32,000 nucleotides of DNA from Nanobdellati archaeon (lineage in GTDB: Archaea; EX4484-52; WAPT01): the NCBI GenBank assembly GCA_027038505.1, contig JALVWC010000009.1, positions 1 to 32,000 of the forward strand. Direction: 5' to 3'. This document shows, one piece after another, positions 1-7,548 of the stretch. Positions within the stretch are counted from its first letter, which is position 1, and each line of letters opens with the position of its first letter. The translations under genes were made by a program, and so were the position numbers. The notes beneath the pieces were generated by a model. It did no database searches. It saw nothing but the letters and a program-made list of their open reading frames with translations, and was not told the DNA's origin.

Positions 1-146
1 GGATAATGGAAATAGCGAGACTGACAGGAATTCCAAAAAGCACGGTTCACAGGTACATACAGAGCTACTTATCCGACGTTGTGGAGGAGGTGAGAAACTA
101 CTCCGGGCTTATAAGGACTTACAGGCTGAAGAAAACTATAAGATAG
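1..146 (+). CDS. 3' end of a helix-turn-helix DNA-binding protein (start lies upstream of the window)
   Basis: The frame is open from nt 3 to TAG at 144-146 and reads IMEIARLTGIPKSTVHRYIQSYLSDVVEEVRNYSGLIRTYRLKKTIR. IARLTGIPKSTVHRYI is a textbook HTH turn plus recognition helix. It is not in the ORF track because no start codon is in the window. Confidence 0.5.
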   Translation, partial: IMEIARLTGIPKSTVHRYIQSYLSDVVEEVRNYSGLIRTYRLKKTIR

Positions 147-168
147 TTTTGTTCCATGCACTTTAAGG

Positions 169-822
169 GTGGTGTGTGTGAGAGCGCTTGATTACTGGGC
201 GAGTAGGGAGCTCGTGAAGAAACACGACATACCCGTATGTGAAGGCGAGCTGGTTAGGAGCGAGAGTGAAGCGCTGGAAGCCGCACGAAAAATAGGATAT
301 CCCGTTGTGATAAAAGCCGTAGCGGAAGGTGCAACACACAAAACCGATGTTGGCGGGGTTGTTACTCACATAAACTGCGATGAGGAGCTCGTGATAACTT
401 TCAGAAATCTCGTGAAAGAATTGGAAAAGAAAGGGCATAAGCTTACGGGTGTAACTGTAGAAAAAATGGAGAGGGGGTTTGAACTCATAGTCGGGGCAAA
501 AACGGACGAGCTGTTCGGGAAGGTTATTCTCTTTGGGCTGGGCGGTGTGCTTGCCGAGGTGTTCAAAGTTTTTTCGGTGAGGGTTCTGCCGATAAGAAAA
601 AAAGATGCTATGGAAATGCTGACCGAGATCAAACAATTCGATAAACTTCTTGGTGGTTTCAGGAATATCCCCCCAGTAAATAGAGAGAAACTCGCTTCTT
701 TCATTCTCAAAGTTGCAAAGCTTGTTGAAAAGGAACAGATCTATGAGATGGATCTGAATCCTGTTTTTGTTTTTGGAGATAGAATTGTGGCTACAGACTA
801 CCGTATCGTTTTGGAAGGTTAA
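169..822 (+). CDS. acdB: Acetate--CoA ligase (ADP-forming), beta subunit (ATP-grasp domain)
   Basis: 217 aa. KIGYPVVIKAV..HKTDVGGV, FGLGGVLAEV and DLNPVF are colinear with archaeal ACD beta subunits. The only in-frame starts after the TAA at 139-141 are GTG 169 and 172. TATA-like CTATAAGA at 136-143 lies about 27 nt upstream. Confidence 0.85.
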   Translation: MVCVRALDYWASRELVKKHDIPVCEGELVRSESEALEAARKIGYPVVIKAVAEGATHKTDVGGVVTHINCDEELVITFRNLVKELEKKGHKLTGVTVEKMERGFELIVGAKTDELFGKVILFGLGGVLAEVFKVFSVRVLPIRKKDAMEMLTEIKQFDKLLGGFRNIPPVNREKLASFILKVAKLVEKEQIYEMDLNPVFVFGDRIVATDYRIVLEG

Positions 823-831
823 GGTCGATTC

Positions 832-1446
832 ATGATGGGTGCTGATTTTGACGGGCATAAAGAGAAAAGTCTGAATACTTTGAAAAGAGCGATGGAAAAT
901 GGGGAAGTGGACGAAAAAGTTATACCTCTTCTTGATATCATAAACAAAACGCGGAGTTTCTTCACAACATCATCATGCAGCGGCAGGATAAGCCTTTCAC
1001 ATGTTCCTCTCAAGGGAAAGAAAAAGGATCATAAATTCGTTGCCAAGTGGCACAGAAAGGTGAAGGTGGAGGAAGTTGCTGAAAAGATAGGGGAGGTTCT
1101 CGAGAGCAAAGCTTTCCCGAACTCCGTGCTCTGGCTCAAATTTGAGTCTTTCATACTCCATATAGGGTGCAGAGATCTTGAAGCTGCAGAAAAGCTGATA
1201 AACCTGTGCATAAGGTTGGGGTTCAAGAGGAGCGGAGCGTTCAGAATCACTCCTTTTCCGTTTGTGGAAGTTATAGCCACGGATTATGTTGCCGTGCCTG
1301 TGGGAATAAACAACAGGATCGGCGTAAGTGATAACTATATTAGATTTGTGGTGGAAATACTCAACGGCAGGATGGAGGAAAACGATAGAAAGCTCAGGAG
1401 GTTTACTGAAGCTTTTGAGAATGAACTTGCTTCAGATTTTGATTAA
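832..1446 (+). CDS. taw3: tRNA wybutosine/wyosine-synthesizing protein 3 (TYW3/Taw3 methyltransferase family)
   Basis: 204 aa. It has the TSSCSGRIS motif, and its size and architecture are typical of the TYW3 family. It starts 10 nt after the acdB stop. Confidence 0.8.
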   Translation: MMGADFDGHKEKSLNTLKRAMENGEVDEKVIPLLDIINKTRSFFTTSSCSGRISLSHVPLKGKKKDHKFVAKWHRKVKVEEVAEKIGEVLESKAFPNSVLWLKFESFILHIGCRDLEAAEKLINLCIRLGFKRSGAFRITPFPFVEVIATDYVAVPVGINNRIGVSDNYIRFVVEILNGRMEENDRKLRRFTEAFENELASDFD

Positions 1447-1516
1447 AACTGCAGGATTTCTCAAAAAATTATACAAATTCTTGAAACTGTATTCTGAGAG
1501 TTATATGTTGAGAGAA

Positions 1517-1534
1517 CGGAAAACTTAAATATTT
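1517..1534 (+). promoter_or_regulatory. BRE/TATA promoter of the ncRNA candidate
   Basis: Purine-rich CGGAAAA is followed by TTAAATAT (1525-1532). The GC-rich transcript body begins about 25 nt downstream. Confidence 0.5.
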
Positions 1535-1552
1535 CCTGAACTAGTTGATTAA

Positions 1553-1733
1553 GTGGATGGCACCAGGGTTGGACAGGGCATAACTCGGGATGAGGCCCGG
1601 TGCTAAAGAGAGCATCGACGGTCGACCGAAAGGGCAACGTTGCTTTCCATCGGAGGGTGGGGGATAAAGGTCTCCGGTCCTAAACCGGCGTGGCGAGAGG
1701 GTGCGCGTCCCCCACCGTCCGAGCCCGATTTTT
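1553..1733 (+). ncRNA. Structured GC-rich RNA of unknown class (candidate ncRNA, about 180 nt)
   Basis: A GC-rich island sits in an AT-rich spacer. Helix 1: CACCAGGG 1561-1568 pairs with CCCGGUG 1596-1602. Helix 2: CGACG 1616-1620 pairs with CGUUG 1638-1642, enclosing CC-GAAA-GG. Helix 3: GGAGGGUGGGGG 1652-1663 pairs with CCCCCACCGUCC 1709-1720 (11 of 12 bp). Helix 4: CCGGU 1674-1678 pairs with ACCGG 1684-1688. The RNA has an upstream TATA and a 3' T-run. It does not fit tRNA, SRP or RNase P signatures. Confidence 0.45.
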
Positions 1734-1740
1734 CTATTTT
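1729..1740 (+). terminator. Oligo-T archaeal terminator of the ncRNA candidate
   Basis: TTTTTCTATTTT lies directly after the last strong helix. Confidence 0.5.
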
Positions 1741-1822
1741 AGTTCAAGTCATGCCAACACACAGCAAGATGTTTGCTTCTGTTCGGTAGTTTTTAAAATT
1801 TCATTCAAAAACAAATTTTTTC

Positions 1823-2941
1823 ATGAGAAAGGTAAAGACGAGCTTAGCCGGCTCGAAGTACGTCGGTACACTGGCAAAAGGGTGCGAGCTGTGCATAAAG
1901 GGCCTGAAATCCGTGCTTTTTGTTACCGGCATCTGTCCGGTTAACTGTTTCTACTGTCCTCTTTCCTCTTACAGAAAGAACAAGGACATAACTGTGATAA
2001 ATGAGATCCATGTAAGGAGCGATGAAGACATCATAAAAGAGGTGGAGCTCTGCCAATCCAAGGGTGTCGGTGTTACCGGCGGGGATCCCCTGGTAAGATT
2101 GGAGAGAACCCTGCACTACATAAAGCTCCTGAAGGATACGTTTGGGCGGAGCTTTCACATACATCTTTACACCTATGGCATACTGAACGAGGAAAAGTTC
2201 CGTGATGCACTGAGCAAGCTCGAGGATGCTGGCCTCGATGAACTGCGCTTCCACCTCGATATGGAGAATAAGCGGAACTGGCCCCTCGTGAAGATAGCGG
2301 TTGAGTATTCCTTTAACGTTGGGGTTGAGATTCCGTGCATACCCGATAAAGAGGACTATATTAAGGAGATGGTTCACTACCTTGAAGATATTGGAGCGAA
2401 GTTCATAAACCTCAACGAGTTTGAAGCTTCAGAGCTGACAGCGGATGAAATCATGGCAAGGGGTTATGAGCTGAACTTCGATGAGTTTAACACGGTCAAA
2501 GGGAGTTATGAGCTCGGCAGGAAGATAATGAAGTACATATCCGCTTATACCACAAACCTGAGCGCGCACTTCTGTGAGAGCTACGTTAAAGAGTATTTTC
2601 AGCTACGCAACAGGTTTAAGTTACGGGCGGAGAGCATGAAAAGGCCTTACGAGAGGGTGAGTGATGAGGGCTGGCTACTCAAGGCGTATATCTACCCCAA
2701 GGAAGGACAGGAGCTTGAACAGCTTAAGGATGAGCTGATGAGGGTTTTGAGAGCCTCTCCAAGGAATTTTTATGTGAACAGCAACAGGGGTGTTGTTGAA
2801 ACATCCGAGAAGCTGGGATATAAGGCTGCACAACACGGATACAAAGTTGAACTTGTGTTGGAGCTTCCGGCAGATGACAGGTTCATAATGCAGGTTGATC
2901 CGCTTTATGAGGTTGAGGGAGATGAAGAGCGATGTTGTTGA
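1823..2941 (+). CDS. Radical SAM protein (PflA-related, uncharacterised archaeal group)
   Basis: 372 aa. CPVNCFYCP matches the CxxxCxxC cluster motif and GGDPL is present. It has its own TATA (TTTTAAAA, 1791-1798) about 28 nt before the ATG. It lacks the C..C.FCWR context of Taw1/TYW1. Confidence 0.85.
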   Translation: MRKVKTSLAGSKYVGTLAKGCELCIKGLKSVLFVTGICPVNCFYCPLSSYRKNKDITVINEIHVRSDEDIIKEVELCQSKGVGVTGGDPLVRLERTLHYIKLLKDTFGRSFHIHLYTYGILNEEKFRDALSKLEDAGLDELRFHLDMENKRNWPLVKIAVEYSFNVGVEIPCIPDKEDYIKEMVHYLEDIGAKFINLNEFEASELTADEIMARGYELNFDEFNTVKGSYELGRKIMKYISAYTTNLSAHFCESYVKEYFQLRNRFKLRAESMKRPYERVSDEGWLLKAYIYPKEGQELEQLKDELMRVLRASPRNFYVNSNRGVVETSEKLGYKAAQHGYKVELVLELPADDRFIMQVDPLYEVEGDEERCC

Positions 2942-3647
2942 GAAAACGTTAAAATACTGGTGCGGGGAGGGGAGCGACGAGAAAAATGATGTTGTGAGAA
3001 GGACGCTTCTTTACTGGGGAGGTGAGGATGAAAAAGAAGAACGTTATATCCGCCATTCTGAAAAAAGGGCTGTGATGCCACGGGATGTGATCGGTATTTA
3101 CGTTGATGATGTTGAGCTGCCCGTGTTAAAACCTCTGAATGATTGGTTTGAGAATGCAAAGTACATCTACGCCCCTGAGTTTCTGGTTCTGGATATCATA
3201 TATCGTGTGGATTGCGTTCGTATTCCGACTTATAAAAGATTTGTGAATAGAGTTTGCAAAGTCCGAAGATTCGTGGATTATGTTGAAGGGACGGAGATAT
3301 CCGATTATTTCAACGCAGATATTCATGGCGGGATGTCGAAAGTTATGAAAAAGTACATGAAAGAGAGGAAAAGATTGGAACATATGCTCTCTGAAAAAAT
3401 GTTTGAACTGGGTTTGCTGGAAAAGGATGATGAACACGTGTATTTAGGTCAGAAGGGTGTTGAATTTGTGGGGAGAGCAAGAGATCTCATCAAAAGTGTT
3501 GAGGGCGCTCCTCCCCAGGAGGTGTATCATTATTATGTTTTCCATTATCTCAGGAACCTGTTCAAGTCAGAAAAAGATCCTGAGGCTAAATCGAGGTTTG
3601 GTGGAAAAATGGAGAGTCTGAAACAAAAAATGAAGAGATGGAATTGA
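2922..3647 (+). CDS. Hypothetical protein with an N-terminal tandem 19-aa repeat
   Basis: The ORF-track frame is 2895..3647. ATG 2922 is preceded by GAGGT at 2910-2914, and TTG 2895 and ATG 2907 are alternative starts. The repeat is DVVEKTLKYWCGEGSDEKN / DVVRRTLLYWGGEDEKEE. I recognise no family. Confidence 0.5.
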   Translation: MKSDVVEKTLKYWCGEGSDEKNDVVRRTLLYWGGEDEKEERYIRHSEKRAVMPRDVIGIYVDDVELPVLKPLNDWFENAKYIYAPEFLVLDIIYRVDCVRIPTYKRFVNRVCKVRRFVDYVEGTEISDYFNADIHGGMSKVMKKYMKERKRLEHMLSEKMFELGLLEKDDEHVYLGQKGVEFVGRARDLIKSVEGAPPQEVYHYYVFHYLRNLFKSEKDPEAKSRFGGKMESLKQKMKRWN

Positions 3648-3660
3648 TATGAAAATATGG

Positions 3661-3669
3661 AATAAAAAA
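3661..3669 (-). terminator. Oligo-T terminator (minus strand) after the 462-aa gene
   Basis: The minus strand reads TTTTTTATT immediately after the TAA stop at 3670-3672. Confidence 0.45.
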
Positions 3670-5058
3670 TTAAAGTCCCTGCGAGTAATCTTTTTTGTAA
3701 TTCCGTACGAGTTTAGCAAATACTGAGGGTGGCGGCACGATAATTTCGCCAACCCTTTCTATCGACCTGCGAACCACACCCATATCTAACTTTTCTATTT
3801 CACTCACATTTTCAAAGTCACATCCCATCAGATCCTTCTTGGATCTGTGAAGAAGGCATCGATAGGTCTCATCCATGCTCACGCTCCCGTCCTCGTTTTC
3901 AACCACAGCGCCACGAGAGACTAAATCGAAAAGAATCTTTCTTTTAATCTCTTTGCCCTTCTCTCTCGATGCGGGCACCGCGTTAATCAGGTCGTAAACC
4001 GTATCCCAATCAAGTTTGCCCTTCTCTCTTTCCAATTCTTCCAGAACCTGCAGAAAGATGAGCTCTGCGGAGAACCTGTTGACAGATCGTTTTTTTCGTG
4101 GATCAAAGACACCCAGTTGCAGTAGAGATATGTACTTGTCACCGCCCTGAGTTTCAATTACCAAATATTCCGTATTTCCAATCTTTTCTTTCTTGTAGAC
4201 GGGTTTGATTTCATATCTATTCGATCCGTACTCATCGTTCTTGGTGATTGCTTCTTTTTTATACCGATCCTGAATATTACCTGCGGTTTCTATCCTGCGT
4301 TCCAGATCTTGCAGTTTTGAAATGAGCATGTGTGCTGCGCCCTCATTCAGCTTTGAAAAATTATCAACAACTCTACTAACAACCCCTTCACTTTTCATTC
4401 TTTTGTACCATTCTTCGAGGAGCGCTTCACCATCCTTCGTTAAGACGGTTTTCCTCTCCGTTCCAGAGTGCACGACTCTTACAATATTATTTCTGTAAAG
4501 TCTGGAAAGTGAGTTGTAGTGGGAGTTTTCACTTCTTCCCTCCATCCCCACCTCTATCCTTTTGATATCCTCGGGTGGAAGTTCTGCTAAAGCATAAAGA
4601 AGATATCTTGCCTGCACATCTCTGAATCTCATTCCTCCGCCCGCGTGGCTGTGTACTTGAGTATCGCTCATACTTACATCGTGGTTTCGTTCGTTCCTCA
4701 GAATCTTATACAGTTTGTTCAAGAATGATGAGGCCGCTTCTGTTATTTTTTCTTCAACATCCTCAGGTATCTTAACCAAACTTTCGTATCCTGCATCTTT
4801 CAACACATTGTTCAGCGTTATAATTCCCGTGCACACAAGTTCCGGACGCTCTTCTGCTGTATTTCCAACCACCTCACGATAAAGGTTATCGGCAATGGCC
4901 AGCGCCAACAACCCCCGTACCTCACTCGAGGGGATGGAACTCAGGGACTCAACAAGCCTGTTGTATGCCCGCACCACCTCTTCGCCCGGCGGGGATGAGA
5001 TGTAATTCTTTATTTCTTCCAATCGTTTTACTACTGTTTCATCATTATGGTCGGGCAT
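3670..5058 (-). CDS. Hypothetical protein with winged-helix-like segments and a central coiled coil
   Basis: 462 aa with a long clean ORF. The segment LSRLYRNNIVRVVHSGTERKTVLTKDGEALLEEW looks MarR/TrmB-like wHTH. A second wHTH-like stretch is near the C-terminus (ILFDLVSRGAVVENEDGSVSMDE). I recognise no family. Confidence 0.7.
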   Translation of the reverse strand: MPDHNDETVVKRLEEIKNYISSPPGEEVVRAYNRLVESLSSIPSSEVRGLLALAIADNLYREVVGNTAEERPELVCTGIITLNNVLKDAGYESLVKIPEDVEEKITEAASSFLNKLYKILRNERNHDVSMSDTQVHSHAGGGMRFRDVQARYLLYALAELPPEDIKRIEVGMEGRSENSHYNSLSRLYRNNIVRVVHSGTERKTVLTKDGEALLEEWYKRMKSEGVVSRVVDNFSKLNEGAAHMLISKLQDLERRIETAGNIQDRYKKEAITKNDEYGSNRYEIKPVYKKEKIGNTEYLVIETQGGDKYISLLQLGVFDPRKKRSVNRFSAELIFLQVLEELEREKGKLDWDTVYDLINAVPASREKGKEIKRKILFDLVSRGAVVENEDGSVSMDETYRCLLHRSKKDLMGCDFENVSEIEKLDMGVVRRSIERVGEIIVPPPSVFAKLVRNYKKDYSQGL

Positions 5059-5081
5059 GGGATGAAGTTTATAACTAAAAA

Positions 5082-5088
5082 TTTAAAT
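5082..5088 (-). promoter_or_regulatory. TATA box for the 462-aa gene
   Basis: TTTAAAT is centred 27 nt upstream of the ATG at 5058, implying a leaderless mRNA. Confidence 0.5.
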
Positions 5089-5176
5089 CATTACTCGAAT
5101 GTTATAACCGCGGCGATGATTAAGCCGTCCCAGAATGACGGCCATGATTTCAGGAGTAGCTTATGAGCCGCGCATC

Positions 5177-5184
5177 TTTATAAT
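5177..5184 (+). promoter_or_regulatory. TATA box for the GTPase-prs-yjbQ operon
   Basis: TTTATAAT is centred 26-27 nt upstream of ATG 5207. This supports 5207 rather than the ORF-track start at 5135. Confidence 0.55.
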
Positions 5185-5206
5185 TCTCCCTCCTAAAGAG
5201 TTCTAC

Positions 5207-5962
5207 ATGGATCTCTTAAGGCTGGTTAAGAGGGAAATTCTTGATAGCGATGCCTGCATAGAGGTTGTGGATGCTAGATGCCCCGCTGAGCTGAGATGCA
5301 GGAAATTGGAAAAGTTTGTGGAGAAACTCAACAAGCCTTACTGGATTGTGATAAACAAGGTCGATCTCGTGCCGAAGGAATTTGCGGACAGGGCAAAGAA
5401 AGTTCTGAAAGAACAAAGCAATGTAGTGGATGTTATTCATGTTTCAGCAACAAAGTATTACGGGTTCAACATCCTTAAGTGGAGTCTGAAAAGACATCTT
5501 GGTACTGAGGAGAAAAAAAGGCTCTGTGTTTTCGGTTATCCAAACGTCGGGAAGAGCAGCCTCATAAACATGCTCGCAAGGAGAAAGAAAGCGAGTGTTG
5601 CTCCCAGGCCGGGACACACAAGGGGAAAGCAGTGGATAAGGATAACAAGAAACATAGTGCTTTCCGATACTCCTGGAGTTATACCCCCTGAAATGGCTGA
5701 GAAAGAGTGGAGGCCCATACTCTTTCCAGCTGAGGACTTGGAGAACGCCGCCCTCACTCTTCTCAAAAAAATAAAAAATGCTGAAGGTAACAACTTCAAG
5801 GAAGTGTATGGCTTTGAATTTGAAGAGGAGGAAGAGGCTCTGGAGGAAATCGCAAAGCGCCTGAACTTCATAAGCAGGGGGAATAGGTACGATACTAAAA
5901 GAGCGGCCAAAAGGGTGATAGATGACTGGAACAGGGGAAAGCTGGTTGGGTGGTGGCTGTGA
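5207..5962 (+). CDS. Circularly permuted GTPase, YlqF/RbgA (ribosome biogenesis GTPase A) family
   Basis: The G motifs are in permuted order: G4 NKVD, then G1 GYPNVGKSS, then G3 DTPG. The N-terminus MDLLRLVKREILDSDACIEVVDARCP matches the family's start. The upstream 24 codons of the ORF track overlap the promoter. Confidence 0.85.
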   Translation: MDLLRLVKREILDSDACIEVVDARCPAELRCRKLEKFVEKLNKPYWIVINKVDLVPKEFADRAKKVLKEQSNVVDVIHVSATKYYGFNILKWSLKRHLGTEEKKRLCVFGYPNVGKSSLINMLARRKKASVAPRPGHTRGKQWIRITRNIVLSDTPGVIPPEMAEKEWRPILFPAEDLENAALTLLKKIKNAEGNNFKEVYGFEFEEEEEALEEIAKRLNFISRGNRYDTKRAAKRVIDDWNRGKLVGWWL

Positions 5963-6924
5963 GCTTTGTCTTTTTGAGCGGAGCGAAACACTTGGAGGAG
6001 AGGTGGAAAACGGGAGAGATCATCCATTCCGTAACAAAAACGTTTCCGGATGGTGAGACTTACGTTAGGCTTGATGTTAAAAACCTTCCGAAAAACGAAG
6101 AGCAGTGCGTTTATGTTGTGCAGACCCCATATCCCAAGCAGGACAGGAAATTGATGGAACTTTTTCTTTCATGCCACGCGCTCGCGGATTATGGTGTCGG
6201 GGACATCAGATGTGTCATACCATATTACGCTTACGCGAGGCAGGACAAGAGATTCATGGACGGTGAAGCTGTATCGAGCCTGGTTGTGATGGATGTCCTA
6301 TCCGCTCTTGGAGTTAAGGAAATTATAACTGTTGATGCGCATTTTATGAGGGAGCAAATGCTCATTGAAAGGAACGGGGTAGTTGTAAGAAACATCACGG
6401 CCGTGCACGAACTTATAAGAGCTGCGCGAGATGAATTTGGGAAGGTTGAGATAGTTACTCCGGATTTTGGTGGATCCAGGTGGCTGGAAGCTCTGGGTGT
6501 TGATTATCTTGCTGGCTTTAGCAAGGTGAAGGTTTGCAAGCATTGCGGAGCTGAGGTAACCAGATGTACGTGCAGCGCTTCAAAGAGAGAATATGAGGTC
6601 AAGGTTGTGTATGAAAAAGGAAGTCTGAAAGGAAAGAACGTGCTTGTTCTTGACGATATGATAGCTGGAGGCGGAACGATGGCATCAGCTGCAAAGATGC
6701 TGAAGGAGGAGCTTGGGTGTGAAGCCGTTATCTGTGCGGCAACGCACGGTCTCTTTGTCGGGAATGGTTATGAAAAGGTCGCGGAGTATGCGGACATGAT
6801 AATCGTTACCGACACCATCCGGCAGAAAATGAGGAAAAAGCTCAGGGTTGTCAGCATAATCCCCGTGCTTGAGAAAGCGATTGAGGTGGGCGGAAATGAT
6901 GGAGAGGATGGTGGTCGAGCTTGA
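5950..6924 (+). CDS. prs: Ribose-phosphate pyrophosphokinase (PRPP synthetase) with a Cys4 insertion
   Basis: Family motifs are present: FPDGETYVRL, PYYAYARQDKRF, VDAH, the PRPP loop VLVLDDMIAGGGTM, and VTDT. The start is GTG at 5950, 5953 or 5959, overlapping the upstream stop. Confidence 0.85.
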   Translation: MVAVSFVFLSGAKHLEERWKTGEIIHSVTKTFPDGETYVRLDVKNLPKNEEQCVYVVQTPYPKQDRKLMELFLSCHALADYGVGDIRCVIPYYAYARQDKRFMDGEAVSSLVVMDVLSALGVKEIITVDAHFMREQMLIERNGVVVRNITAVHELIRAARDEFGKVEIVTPDFGGSRWLEALGVDYLAGFSKVKVCKHCGAEVTRCTCSASKREYEVKVVYEKGSLKGKNVLVLDDMIAGGGTMASAAKMLKEELGCEAVICAATHGLFVGNGYEKVAEYADMIIVTDTIRQKMRKKLRVVSIIPVLEKAIEVGGNDGEDGGRA

Positions 6925-7300
6925 AGGATATGGCGGGATGGCGGACGTAACAGGAGAGGTGCAGGAAATAGTGGAGAGGAGCGGTAAAAAGGATGGTGTG
7001 GTGGTGGTTTTCGCCAGGGGTTCAACGGGAGCCGTCACAACGATCGAGTTCGAGCCGGGACTTCAAAAGGACTTGCCGGCTGTGTTAAGCAGGCTTGTAC
7101 CGTACGATTTTGATTACGAGCATCACAAGACGTGGAATGATGATAATGGAGCGGCACATATCCTCGCGAGCATAATAGGCCCGAGTGTTGTGGTGCCGTT
7201 TAAGGACGGAAAGCTTTTGCTTGGAACGTGGCAGCAGATAGTCGTGATAAATTTCGACACGAGGAGAAGGGAAAGAGAAGTGTGGATTTCCGTGTTTTAA
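6896..7300 (+). CDS. YjbQ/UPF0047 family protein (secondary thiamine-phosphate synthase type)
   Basis: ..NGAAHILASIIGPSVVVPFKDGKLLLGTWQQIVVINFD.. is the family signature region. The first ATG is at 6896 and overlaps the prs 3' end. Confidence 0.8.
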   Translation: MMERMVVELEGYGGMADVTGEVQEIVERSGKKDGVVVVFARGSTGAVTTIEFEPGLQKDLPAVLSRLVPYDFDYEHHKTWNDDNGAAHILASIIGPSVVVPFKDGKLLLGTWQQIVVINFDTRRREREVWISVF

Positions 7301-7402
7301 GGAAATTTTGTGATGGGAAACAGCCCAGAGTTTCTGGGAAGAAAGCCGGGACAGAGGATTTTTCTGATTTGAAGAATGCTGCCGTAATCCCTCCCAACAC
7401 AT

Positions 7403-7414
7403 TTTTAAATATTC
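7403..7414 (+). promoter_or_regulatory. TATA box upstream of the small membrane protein gene
   Basis: TTTTTAAATATT. It predicts a TSS near 7435 and therefore a leader of about 135 nt, unlike the leaderless neighbours. Confidence 0.4.
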
Positions 7415-7509
7415 ACCACGAAACGGGAATTACAAAAAGAACAAAAAGACGAGCAGAGTTCTCTTTCTAGCTTCGGGACGGATGAGAGCGTTTTCTTATT
7501 CAACAGTAT

Positions 7510-7548
7510 GGGCCGGAGAATAACGAGGGTGAAAATCCCTCCCGGCCC
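7510..7548 (+). promoter_or_regulatory. Strong stem-loop in the 5' leader
   Basis: GGGCCGG 7510-7516 pairs with CCGGCCC 7542-7548. GAGGG 7525-7529 pairs with CCCUC 7537-7541, with loop UGAAAAU and an 8-nt left bulge. It ends 8 nt before the SD GGAGGTGA (7556-7563). Confidence 0.5.

Noticed and set aside
163-858. A 231-aa ORF on the minus strand.
   Set aside because: It is entirely antisense to the well-supported acdB gene. Its composition (His/Phe/Asn-rich, no motifs) is typical of a shadow ORF.
1590-1612. GAUGAGGCCCGGUGCUAAAGAG resembles pieces of the SAM-I (S-box) riboswitch core, upstream of a SAM-dependent enzyme.
   Set aside because: The order and spacing of the elements do not match the S-box four-way junction, and SAM-I is not known from archaea. 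The RNA also has its own terminator and the gene has its own promoter. I treat the similarity as coincidental unless cmscan says otherwise.
1553-1733. The ncRNA candidate as SRP (7S) RNA or RNase P RNA.
   Set aside because: It is too short for archaeal SRP RNA (about 300 nt). The GAAA hairpin lacks the conserved helix-8 loop nucleotides. There is no P4 signature (GAGGAAAGUCC / ACAGAA) for RNase P.
5124-5142. Hairpin GCCGTC-CCAGAAT-GACGGC in the divergent spacer.
   Set aside because: It is a short 6-bp stem lying between two promoters, with no associated signal. It also overlaps the discarded 5135 start, so there is not enough to call a feature.
5536-6027. A 163-aa minus-strand ORF.
   Set aside because: It is antisense to the GTPase/prs junction. 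The Ser/Phe/Leu-rich translation has no motifs, so it is a shadow ORF.
7310-7367. Possible C/D box sRNA (GUGAUGG ... CUGA, 58 nt apart).
   Set aside because: The C box deviates from RUGAUGA. No credible internal D' or C' boxes occur at the expected 12-nt guide spacing, and the flanks do not pair.
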